From: a virus
IMG/VR virus record: IMGVR_UViG_3300029619_000017
Length of the DNA: 41,155 nt
Direction: 5' to 3' (one strand)
Under the pieces are notes generated by a model that saw nothing but the letters and a program-made list of their open reading frames with translations, did no database searches and was not told the origin of the DNA. Of the stretch, positions 8,518 through 16,133 are shown piece after piece. The position numbers and the translations under genes were made by a program. Every line of letters starts with the position of its first letter. Positions within the stretch are counted from its first letter, which is position 1.

Positions 8518-8835
8518 TCATCTGTTAAAGATTCTTAGGATTGACGAAACAAGAGAAAATATCACAGGAATAGCAATGATCGCCGCAAAAAGCACAATGT
8601 ATATAATAGATAATGTGGTAATCGGGGACATCAATACAACAATCAGCGCCCATACCCATAGTATAATACTCAAAGGGGGAAACATTTGTATTAAAAAGAG
8701 GGAAACAATATCAAAAATCAGAGATTTATCCAGAACAACAAGCGGTGCTATGCCTATAAATAAAAGCAAGATATAATATAAAACAACGCCGAATGTACCT
8801 AAAGCTGCTTGAAATTTTTCTTTTATCGCATTCAT
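8518..8835 (-). CDS. Small polytopic membrane protein (AT-rich island)
   Basis: 105 aa, almost entirely hydrophobic (3-4 predicted spans). Hand count 22/60 G+C at 8641-8700. Confidence 0.6.
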   Translation of the reverse strand: MNAIKEKFQAALGTFGVVLYYILLLFIGIAPLVVLDKSLIFDIVSLFLIQMFPPLSIILWVWALIVVLMSPITTLSIIYIVLFAAIIAIPVIFSLVSSILRIFNR

Positions 8836-8847
8836 GCAATATTCCCC

Positions 8848-10185
8848 TCATATTTTTGATATAAATTCAACAAAGGTGGGTAAAACAGTGTTTACATAAT
8901 GTTCACTCCACCTGAGTTTATATTCGAATCCATACAACTCCAGCGGTGTTGAATCATAATCATAATAATTATCTTCATCAAAAAGAATATCTCCTAACAC
9001 GCAAAATACAACTGTAATTGCGTTATCCATGTTGCAGTCTGAAATAGACCAGGAATTTTTTACATCAACTAAACCACGAATTGCTCTTCCATATAAATTA
9101 ACAAGTGAATCAAACTCGTGCCTTTTGCTTTTCGGAATAATACTATCAAGAATAAAATCAATCAAGCCTGTACTTTTTTCAAATCGATTGCCTCCGGAGC
9201 AAAAAAAACTATAATCACAAATGACATAACACGCCGAACAAATTGCAATTTTGGTTTTCAGAAAATCTGTGTCAGCATAACCTTTCATCGATATTAAGCA
9301 ACTACTTACACATTGTTCGAAAGCGTTGGCTAAAGATGTCTTTACTACTGTTTTTTGCTGTGGATGATTGATTCTATTATATTTAGCTTCTAACGAGTAA
9401 TATGATGAAACCTTTTTGCGGAACTCTTCTTTTTTCAAAGAAGAAGAAATAACATTATGAAAAAAAGAATATAATGCGCCGTTTTCCCCATTCATTATAG
9501 TTTGGCTAACAATTTGTGCCATTTTATTGTCGTTTTTGTTAATACACTCATTTGTAATTTCAGAATTGTGAGCGGATACAATTTGTTCAATTTTCTTTAT
9601 TAAAGTACGAAGATTTTGATTTTTTTCTGTAGGGTGCTTCTCTCTTGATTTGCTGATCAAAAGGACAATCTTTTCATCTGAAACATTATTATTTTCTTTA
9701 ACATCACGGAAATATATGAGAGACGTAGCAAATAATATTTCCGCATCAGACGGTTTTTCAATAAAGTGAGATTTTTTTACTATGTAATAAATTACTGCAA
9801 TTTCTTCTGCCATATGTAAATATTCTAAAGAACATATTGACAAATCCTTTTCTCGTTGTTTCTTTTTGATTGCCGTTGCATTACTTTTGCCCTCCGTTCC
9901 TTTTTGCGAGAGATCTTGAGTGTGGTCAGTTTTGTAAAAATAGGCTCTTATCCTATTTCGATTGAGCCACATCACAACGGCGATCGGCACAAATACAAGC
10001 AAGAAAGTTCCAAACACATAGTTTTCTTTGGTAAAAGACATTGCACAACCTACCAACCAAAGAATCGGGCCAAATCCAAGAAGTATAAAAGACAGCGTCG
10101 GGTGTGCTTCTATGTCCTTGTCAAATTGACTTTTTGCTGTTTTAACATCTTTTTTGTGATTTTTAGGATGTCCATTAACCTGCAA
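8848..10185 (-). CDS. Unknown 445-aa protein with two N-terminal TM helices and a large helical cytoplasmic domain (AT-rich island); candidate exclusion/defence protein
   Basis: Long ORF with a 12-nt gap to the next gene. Hydrophobic spans LSFILLGFGPILWLVGCAM and FGTFLLVFVPIAVVMWL. No motif I recognise. Hand count 21/60 G+C at 9001-9060. Confidence 0.6.
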   Translation of the reverse strand: MQVNGHPKNHKKDVKTAKSQFDKDIEAHPTLSFILLGFGPILWLVGCAMSFTKENYVFGTFLLVFVPIAVVMWLNRNRIRAYFYKTDHTQDLSQKGTEGKSNATAIKKKQREKDLSICSLEYLHMAEEIAVIYYIVKKSHFIEKPSDAEILFATSLIYFRDVKENNNVSDEKIVLLISKSREKHPTEKNQNLRTLIKKIEQIVSAHNSEITNECINKNDNKMAQIVSQTIMNGENGALYSFFHNVISSSLKKEEFRKKVSSYYSLEAKYNRINHPQQKTVVKTSLANAFEQCVSSCLISMKGYADTDFLKTKIAICSACYVICDYSFFCSGGNRFEKSTGLIDFILDSIIPKSKRHEFDSLVNLYGRAIRGLVDVKNSWSISDCNMDNAITVVFCVLGDILFDEDNYYDYDSTPLELYGFEYKLRWSEHYVNTVLPTFVEFISKI

Positions 10186-10203
10186 AATACACTCACCTCA
10201 TTT

Positions 10204-10602
10204 TTATTTATAAACAATCCAGCCTTTGAAGCCGATGAGAATATCAACGACAAAAAAGCCGAGAAGAATAAGCACGAGTGCGCCGACGGTTATCATATAA
10301 ATCCGCTTGTCACGGATGACCGCCTTTATACGCTCGTCCTTGTCCTTTAAACGCTGTTCGTACAATTCTATGACCGATTCGGACGTATTTTGTTCTTCGG
10401 GCTTTATCCCCTCCCCTATTTCGTCAAGACTGCCGCCCAAAGCGTTGACTATGCTCGTTACGGTACTGAGTCTCGGGTCGGGTGTTTTACCCCCGATAAT
10501 ACTTCTTACCGTCTCGGAAGGCAGGCCACAACGGTCGGCAATGTCCTTTGTGGACATCTGTCGGCTCTTTTTAAGCCCTTGAAGATATTCGCACAAAAGC
10601 AA
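10204..10602 (-). CDS. XRE-family HTH protein with a C-terminal transmembrane anchor
   Basis: N-terminal ...MSTKDIADRCGLPSETVRSIIGGKT... HTH_3 pattern. C-terminal ITVGALVLILLGFFVVDILIGF span. TTG start after a GGGGAG RBS. Confidence 0.7.
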   Translation of the reverse strand: MLLCEYLQGLKKSRQMSTKDIADRCGLPSETVRSIIGGKTPDPRLSTVTSIVNALGGSLDEIGEGIKPEEQNTSESVIELYEQRLKDKDERIKAVIRDKRIYMITVGALVLILLGFFVVDILIGFKGWIVYK

Positions 10603-10878
10603 AATTACTACTCCCCTTCAAACCGCTTGTCACGGCGGTTTTTGTTATATTTTAACAGAATAATCGGGACGAAAGCAAACAATAAAAACAGAAGGCTTAC
10701 AGGACAAACAAAAATCTGCACAATGGTCAACAGGGTGAAAATGTGTTATGGTTTACACAATCTACCAAGGGTAGAAAAAAGGAGAGTGTAACCGTAATGG
10801 AAAAGAAAATGTCAAAAAAGGAATTTATGGGACGAATGGACAAGCTGTCGAGGCTTAAAAGGGACGAGTACAGAAAAA

Positions 10879-11475
10879 TCAAAGACCTTTTGAAAGACTG
10901 CGAATCAGGTCGGCAATGCTTTTCTGCTGATCCTCCGGGAGGGAGGAAAAAATCCTAAACAGCTCCTCATTTTCGGACAGCTCCCGTTCTTCGGGGGCTG
11001 TCTGCTCTTCTTCGGTGAAATATTCGATAGGTACGCCGAAAAGGTTTGCGATTTTTTGAATGTTAGTGTCGCTCGGAACAGCACCTTTTTTCCACCCGGT
11101 GGCACTTGCACGAGTAACACCTATTTTTTCAGCAACGGTACTCGGAGATAAATCTTTGTCTTCATTCAGGGCACATAAATCTAATAGTTTCGTATAAAAA
11201 TCAACAACTTTGAATTCTTTCTTCGGCGTTTCGTTGTCTATTTTTTTTTCTTCTTTCGGAAAGTAATCGACACTTACCCCGAAATAATCGGCCAGCTTTT
11301 GAAGGTTTATATCGGTAGGTATATATCCCCTCTTCCAACGGCTTACAGATGTCTTGGAAATACCCACATCAAGAGCGGCCTTTGACGGAGTTATCTTCTT
11401 GTCTCTGCACAGTTGCAAATAAGTGTTGTAGAAGTTAGACAAAAAATCACCTCTCAAATTGTTCAGGATTGCCAA
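10879..11475 (-). CDS. Tandem double-HTH XRE-family repressor
   Basis: Two HTH_3 units (...ITPSKAALDVGISKTSVSRWKRGYIPTDINLQKLADYFGVSVDYF and ...LSPSTVAEKIGVTRASATGWKKGAVPSDTNIQKIANLFGVPIEYF). Divergent from a consensus promoter. Confidence 0.8.
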   Translation of the reverse strand: MAILNNLRGDFLSNFYNTYLQLCRDKKITPSKAALDVGISKTSVSRWKRGYIPTDINLQKLADYFGVSVDYFPKEEKKIDNETPKKEFKVVDFYTKLLDLCALNEDKDLSPSTVAEKIGVTRASATGWKKGAVPSDTNIQKIANLFGVPIEYFTEEEQTAPEERELSENEELFRIFSSLPEDQQKSIADLIRSLSKGL

Positions 11476-11501
11476 ACCTGCGAAAAATAACTAAAATCAA
11501 C

Positions 11502-11530
11502 TTGACACAGTTGCCTGTTTTTATTATTAT
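11502..11530 (+). promoter_or_regulatory. Sigma-70-type promoter TTGACA-17-TATTAT
   Basis: Exact -35 consensus, 17-nt spacer and a near-consensus -10, about 100 nt upstream of ATG 11628. Confidence 0.7.
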
Positions 11531-11554
11531 GTACTTACGAAGTAACCTTTGTGA

Positions 11555-11584
11555 CTTAACTTAACTTAACTAAACTTAACTAAA
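11555..11584. repeat. Pentanucleotide tandem repeat (CTTAA/CTAAA) x6 in the 5' leader
   Basis: cttaa cttaa cttaa ctaaa cttaa ctaaa read directly. Related TAACTAAAA words occur at 11488 and 11598. Confidence 0.85.
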
Positions 11585-11627
11585 AACAACAAAACATAAC
11601 TAAAAAAACACAAAGAGAGGTGAGGAA

Positions 11628-11930
11628 ATGCACGGTGTAGAAATAATCAAGGTTATAAAGACACTGGAAATCGGCGGACGATGTGAGGACGAGCCCGAAA
11701 TGTTCCACGCAATGTATCAATATTGGACGGAAGAAGGAGATTTGCTCTTTACCAAGCTTGACCGTATCAAGTTTAATCCGAAGGTCAACGGCCGTCTTCC
11801 GACAACGGATCGTGAGGGCAAGAGGGTTGACGAACGTCAGAAACCGAGAAAATATACTGGTGTCGGTGATGACCCACTACTTGATCCGAATTATGAATGG
11901 AACTCTTTTTTAAAAGACAAAGGGAGGTGA
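11628..11930 (+). CDS. Hypothetical early protein
   Basis: 100-aa ORF with a GAGAGGTGAGG RBS. No recognisable motif. Confidence 0.55.
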   Translation: MHGVEIIKVIKTLEIGGRCEDEPEMFHAMYQYWTEEGDLLFTKLDRIKFNPKVNGRLPTTDREGKRVDERQKPRKYTGVGDDPLLDPNYEWNSFLKDKGR

Positions 11931-11934
11931 GGAA

Positions 11935-12180
11935 ATGAAGGACAATATCCGAAATGCCTGTTTTGATACTATTGATGACTTCTTTGCATTGTGTCTTAAA
12001 TCGTGCGGAGCGGACATAACCGAAAGAATCGGTAAGGCAATTACAGAAGTTCTTCCAAAGTATGAGCCGGGGACGGAAAAGCACCGGGCAACACTTGAAG
12101 AAATCGACCTTTTATCAAACGAGCTTGTGAAGTATGCGGAAGCATTACAGAAGCTGCATAAAAAGGGAAAAAAGAGATAA
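11935..12180 (+). CDS. Hypothetical early protein
   Basis: 81-aa ORF with a GGGAGGTGAGG RBS. Helical and lysine-rich at the C-terminus. Confidence 0.55.
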   Translation: MKDNIRNACFDTIDDFFALCLKSCGADITERIGKAITEVLPKYEPGTEKHRATLEEIDLLSNELVKYAEALQKLHKKGKKR

Positions 12181-12432
12181 CAGAAGGGCGATTACCGAAA
12201 CGGTTCTTGTAAAGATACGGTCGAAACGGTTTTGCCGCTCCTCATAAAGAGCCGACCTTCCTCTTTCGATGATATAAGGTTCACAGTAATAATCACCCGG
12301 TTTGTCAACCTGTGTCATCTCAATGTAACCGAGAGAGTAAAGGTAATCCAAGTCCTCGTTGTTTTTATCTATCCGAATGATTTTTCGGTTTGAAATTGAT
12401 TTTAGGAGTTTCAATTGAGTGTTGCTCAACAC
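12145..12432 (-). CDS. Small protein with wHTH-like N-terminus and a C-terminal TM anchor
   Basis: 95 aa. C-terminal VSVIALLLSLFSLFMQLL. Its 3' end overlaps the convergent 11935..12180 gene by 36 nt. Confidence 0.5.
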   Translation of the reverse strand: MLSNTQLKLLKSISNRKIIRIDKNNEDLDYLYSLGYIEMTQVDKPGDYYCEPYIIERGRSALYEERQNRFDRIFTRTVSVIALLLSLFSLFMQLL

Positions 12433-12444
12433 AGCCTATCTCCC

Positions 12445-12768
12445 CTACTTTCTGCTTGCAATCAGACCTTGAGCGAAAAGCTCTATCTTATCCCACTCCT
12501 CTTTGGTCAGTTCCGGGAGGCGGGAGGACATATCGGGGTTGTTGGTTCGGCCTAAAAGGTAGTCGACCGAACAGTTGAGGTAATCGGCGATTTTTGCAAG
12601 ATTGTCCGCTTTGGGCATTGAGCTTTTCATATTCGACATAGTATTAAGCCCTAAATTTACATCGCCGAGCATTTTTTTAACCGGCACATTTTTGGATTTG
12701 CATAATTGTTTTATTCTCTCGGAAACATTGTTCGATGTATACAAATTTATGCCTCCTTTTTTGTGCAA
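12445..12768 (-). CDS. XRE-family (CI-like) repressor
   Basis: 107 aa. ...VSERIKQLCKSKNVPVKKMLGDVNLGLNTMSNMKSSMPKADNLAKIADYLNCSVDYLLGR is a complete HTH_3. Divergent from a consensus promoter. Confidence 0.8.
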   Translation of the reverse strand: MHKKGGINLYTSNNVSERIKQLCKSKNVPVKKMLGDVNLGLNTMSNMKSSMPKADNLAKIADYLNCSVDYLLGRTNNPDMSSRLPELTKEEWDKIELFAQGLIASRK

Positions 12769-12802
12769 CTACCCAAATTATCTAAAGTTAAGTGAATTTT
12801 AG

Positions 12803-12831
12803 TTGACTTTACCTAAGTTTAGAGATATACT
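12803..12831 (+). promoter_or_regulatory. Sigma-70-type early rightward promoter TTGACT-17-TATACT
   Basis: Read directly. It faces the long + strand early operon and overlaps A/T-rich operator-like words. Confidence 0.7.
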
Positions 12832-12960
12832 AAACTCAACACAACAGAGAAACGGTCGATCAGAGAGGTCAATATATTCTGTTGTTTTTCTATTGCACTT
12901 GCATAATAACACTAAACGCAACAAAAATCAACCAAAAATAAGAAAAAAGGAGGCGATATT

Positions 12961-13137
12961 TTGAAAAAATGGAATAAGTGCGACGAGGTGGCACGCCTGT
13001 TTAATGTGAAGAGGGCTACGGTGTGGAGATGGATACGCACCGGGAAGCTCGAGGCGGTCAGACTCGGTAAAAATTATCGAATTGAGGACACGGCTCTCAA
13101 GAAATTTATTGACGATAGCTTTGCAAGTAAGGAGTGA
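12961..13137 (+). CDS. Excisionase-family (MerR-type) HTH DNA-binding protein; Cro/Xis candidate
   Basis: 58 aa, below the ORF-track cutoff. AAGGAGG RBS then TTG 12961. ...VARLFNVKRATVWRWIRTGKLEAVRLGKNYRIEDTAL matches the excisionase-type HTH. Confidence 0.7.
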   Translation: MKKWNKCDEVARLFNVKRATVWRWIRTGKLEAVRLGKNYRIEDTALKKFIDDSFASKE

Positions 13138-13142
13138 GATGT

Positions 13143-13421
13143 ATGCCGAAAATTTATATGTCGCTTGCAGAAAAACGACAGGCGGCTATCGAACGGGAGT
13201 TTCGCAACCAGGAACGAACGCTTCGTGCGGTAATTCAGGAAAAATGGGCAGAAAACCATTTTAAAGACCTTGAATTTAAAGACAAAGCAAAGGTCGGGAT
13301 AAATACCGTTACGGCATTTAAAAAGCGTCCGTTTTCGCTTAAATGCGAGAATCTTATCAAATGCTGCGTTGCGGCGGGTATCGTTATCGGCGTTGTCGAA
13401 ACGGACAAGTTTAAAAATTAA
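13143..13421 (+). CDS. Hypothetical early protein
   Basis: ORF with an AAGGAG RBS upstream of ATG 13143. No confident motif. Confidence 0.5.
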   Translation: MPKIYMSLAEKRQAAIEREFRNQERTLRAVIQEKWAENHFKDLEFKDKAKVGINTVTAFKKRPFSLKCENLIKCCVAAGIVIGVVETDKFKN

Positions 13422-13433
13422 GGAGGGAACATA

Positions 13434-13661
13434 ATGAGCATGGAAACCGCTTTTATCGTATGCGCGTTCGGAGGACTTATCGTCGGCGGGGGTGTCGGCG
13501 AGATTGCCGAAAAAATCAAGGCAAAGAAAAAAGCCCGGCGCAGAGCCGAGCTGAGGAGACTTCGGAGGAATTCAATCGAAAGCTTTATGACCGCCGCTCT
13601 TTACGAGCCGTCGGACGAAAAGGTCAATTATATTTTTGAAGAAATCGAGGTGGAGATATAA
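13434..13661 (+). CDS. Small membrane-anchored hypothetical protein
   Basis: 75 aa with a GGAGGG RBS. N-terminal hydrophobic segment, then a basic stretch. Confidence 0.5.
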   Translation: MSMETAFIVCAFGGLIVGGGVGEIAEKIKAKKKARRRAELRRLRRNSIESFMTAALYEPSDEKVNYIFEEIEVEI

Positions 13662-13746
13662 AAAGTGCCCACCGGCGAGGAGACGCACGGAAGGGCACAG
13701 AAAATAACATTACAGTTAGTATACACGAAAGGAAGAAAAAAGTCAA

Positions 13747-14031
13747 GTGGAAAGATACACAAACATATGCCCGGTGTGCGGGGAGCGCAACGCCGATGAA
13801 TACAGCTGCTTTAATGTCGTTTGCGAGAAGTGCCGCGACAACCTTTGTGAGGAATTCACAACAGCTCTCGACACGGTGCTTTCGACATACTCCTTTAACT
13901 CGGATGAGCTCGAGGCGCTTAAGTGCATTATTTTTGAAACAAAAGACCTTGTCCCCGAAATGGAGGAGGTTTTCGCAAAGGCGGTAAAAGAGCAAAGGGA
14001 GCTTGAAGAGGCGGAGAAGGTGTTCGAATGA
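13747..14031 (+). CDS. Zinc-ribbon hypothetical protein
   Basis: 94 aa with a GTG start. CPVCG...C..C cysteine pairs. Confidence 0.5.
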   Translation: MERYTNICPVCGERNADEYSCFNVVCEKCRDNLCEEFTTALDTVLSTYSFNSDELEALKCIIFETKDLVPEMEEVFAKAVKEQRELEEAEKVFE

Positions 14032-14136
14032 TTTGCGAACAACTGTACCGTTTTATCCCGGACGAAGAACAAGTGACAACAGGCGTTCTCGGACACCCGT
14101 GCGAGGAGCTTTATTCAAACAAGGAGGACACAGAAA

Positions 14137-14625
14137 ATGACATTGTACGAAATCAACAAGGAAATGGACGAGGTTCTGTCGAGGATTATCGACCCGGAAA
14201 CGGGAGAGATAACCGACATAGAGGCCTTGGCCGAAATTCAGCTCAAACGGGATGAAAAGCTTGAAGCCATTGCTTTGGTCATCAAAAACAAAACGGCCGA
14301 AGCGGCGCTCATCCGGGCGGAGGAAAAGGAGCTTGCCGAGCGTCGTCGCAGACACGAAAGGACGGCCGAGCGGCTCAAAAAAGTGCTCGAAAGCGAGCTT
14401 GCGGGACAAGCTTTTGAAACGGCAAAATGCAGCTGCTCTTTCCGAAAGTCAACGGGCGTTATTATCGACGCGGCCGCCTTTAACGATTGGGCGAAAAGGC
14501 ACAAGGAATATGTTATTCCAAAAGACCCCGTCCCCGACCGTTCGGCAATCAAAGCGGCGCTTATGGACGGCAAGAAAATCCCCTGCGCAGAGCTCGAGGA
14601 ACGAATCAACATGACGGTTAAGTAA
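14137..14625 (+). CDS. Siphovirus Gp157-like protein
   Basis: AAGGAGG RBS. The N-terminus MTLYEINKEMDEVLSRIIDPETGEI and its position directly upstream of an annealase are typical of the Gp157 family. Confidence 0.65.
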   Translation: MTLYEINKEMDEVLSRIIDPETGEITDIEALAEIQLKRDEKLEAIALVIKNKTAEAALIRAEEKELAERRRRHERTAERLKKVLESELAGQAFETAKCSCSFRKSTGVIIDAAAFNDWAKRHKEYVIPKDPVPDRSAIKAALMDGKKIPCAELEERINMTVK

Positions 14626-14637
14626 GGAGTGGAAAAT

Positions 14638-15279
14638 ATGAGCAAAGAGGAAAACATGGAGATATACAACGCTCTCCGTTCCGTCCCGGAAAGTGCCAAG
14701 AGGAAAATCGCAGCCGGGCGGCTTAAAGGCTTCACCAACATCAACACCATGTGGCGCATCAAGGCTTTGACCGAGCAATTCGGGCCCTGCGGGATTGGGT
14801 GGAAAACGGTAGTCACAAAAGAGTGGCTTGAACAGGGTGCCGACGGCGCAGTAACAGCGCATAGCAACCTCAATCTGTACATCCGTGTTGGCGGAGAGTG
14901 GAGCGAGGCCATAGAGGGCTGCGGAGGAGCTGCTTATGTGTCGCTCGAGAGGAGCGGAAAGTACACATCGGATGAGGCCTTTAAAATGGCAAGATCGGAC
15001 GCGCTGTCTTACGCTTGCAAAAACATCGGAGTTGCTGCCGATGTGTATTTTGAAGAAGATGCCGACAACAAGTATGCCGAGCGCAACTTTGAAACGCCCA
15101 CACAGAGCCAAAGACCGGCGCAGAAAGCCCCCTCCCCTACCCCGGTTCCCTGCGCCATGTGCGGAAAACCACTTGGCCCGGATTTCGCCGCCAAGTCAAA
15201 GAACAAATACGGCGTAGCAGTTTGCTCGGGAGAGTGCCTTGCCGGGTGGCAAGTCGCAAAGGGCGTAAACAATGGATAA
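14638..15279 (+). CDS. Rad52/Sak-like single-strand annealing protein with a C-terminal zinc ribbon
   Basis: AAGGAG RBS then ATG 14638. ...LTEQFGPCGIGW... and ...SDEAFKMARSDALSYACKNIGVAADVY resemble the Rad52-type annealase signature. CAMCG...CSGEC at the tail. Confidence 0.6.
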   Translation: MSKEENMEIYNALRSVPESAKRKIAAGRLKGFTNINTMWRIKALTEQFGPCGIGWKTVVTKEWLEQGADGAVTAHSNLNLYIRVGGEWSEAIEGCGGAAYVSLERSGKYTSDEAFKMARSDALSYACKNIGVAADVYFEEDADNKYAERNFETPTQSQRPAQKAPSPTPVPCAMCGKPLGPDFAAKSKNKYGVAVCSGECLAGWQVAKGVNNG

Positions 15280-15805
15280 GCTTTCCTTTACGTCGGCCAA
15301 ATGGCAAACTGACAGCGCCGGTGAATGGCTCATGATCAACGTCAAGGACGGAGAGGCAAAAAAGCTTTGCGAAAAGCTTTTGCAGAACAAAAAATATGAC
15401 CTCACTGTCAAGCAGCACCGAGAGCATAGGAGCCTTGATGCGAATGCCTACGCATGGGTACTCATAGACAAGCTGTCGGCGGCTCTGCACAAGAAGAAAA
15501 GCGAGATTTACAGAAACGCCATAAAAAACATAGGCGGTGTGTCGGAAAGCTTCTGCCTGCCCACAAAGGCCGCTGTAAGGCTTGCCGAGAGTTGGGACGA
15601 CGGAAGTCATCTCGGCCGACAGGCGATTATGGAGGACGCTTTATTTGAGGGCTGCTCAAATCTTACGCTCTTTTTTGGCTCGTCCGAATACGACACAAAG
15701 CAAATGAGCGCCCTTATCGACAGCATAATTGAAGATTGCAAGGCGGTGGGGATTGAGACCCTGCCGCCCGAGAAATTGGCACTTTTGAAAGAAGAATGGA
15801 GGTAA
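15272..15805 (+). CDS. NinB/Orf-like or HNHc_6-like recombination protein
   Basis: ...QHREHRSLDANAYAWVLIDKLS parallels the lambda NinB ...ERNRSLDQNRKLWACLGDVS segment. Confidence 0.45.
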   Translation: MDKLSFTSAKWQTDSAGEWLMINVKDGEAKKLCEKLLQNKKYDLTVKQHREHRSLDANAYAWVLIDKLSAALHKKKSEIYRNAIKNIGGVSESFCLPTKAAVRLAESWDDGSHLGRQAIMEDALFEGCSNLTLFFGSSEYDTKQMSALIDSIIEDCKAVGIETLPPEKLALLKEEWR

Positions 15806-15809
15806 TGAC

Positions 15810-16133
15810 ATGACGGAAAAGGCACAAAGACTCCTTAAGTTTGTGGGAGTTGGTGAAAAAAACGCCGTTTCGGCAAAGAAGATACAAGCGGCACTCGGCT
15901 TTTCTCCCCGAATTACACGGCTGCTTAAAGCCGAGACGAGAGAGGGCGCAGACCCTTATAAAATGATAATCTCATCAAACAAAGGCTATTTCGTGGCCGA
16001 GAACATCCACGAGCTTGAGCGATACGCAAGCAAAGAGTTTGCGAGGGCGCGGGAAAACCGAGAAAATGCAAGGGCCGCAGTCACGGCAAAACACAAAGTG
16101 ATTGCAAGCACTCCGAGAGGAGAGGGTTTATAA
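15810..16133 (+). CDS. Hypothetical (winged-helix-like) protein
   Basis: 107-aa ORF in the replication module. No confident motif. Confidence 0.45.
   Translation: MTEKAQRLLKFVGVGEKNAVSAKKIQAALGFSPRITRLLKAETREGADPYKMIISSNKGYFVAENIHELERYASKEFARARENRENARAAVTAKHKVIASTPRGEGL

Noticed and set aside
10620-10643. Hairpin AAACCGC-8 nt-GCGGTTT followed by a T-run, as a + strand terminator
   Set aside because: No + strand gene lies upstream of it. It may act weakly on the minus strand between the repressor gene and the XRE-TM operon, but the minus-strand U-tract is only 3 nt, so I made no call.
10743-10958. Small + strand ORF (likely ATG 10797 after an AAGGAGAG RBS) in the 276-bp gap before the double-HTH repressor
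   Set aside because: The first 33 residues look helical and real (MEKKMSKKEFMGRMDKLSRLKRDEYRKIKDLLK). However, the ORF runs 80 nt antisense into the repressor gene with a junk-like tail and no clear promoter. I left it unannotated. It could be checked by ribosome profiling.
14028-14255. 75-aa ORF ATGA-coupled to 13747..14031 and overlapping the Gp157-like gene by 119 nt
   Set aside because: The Gp157-like gene has a strong AAGGAGG RBS and a family-typical N-terminus. The overlapping part of the 75-aa ORF is G/R-rich junk. At most a short peptide upstream of 14137 could be real.
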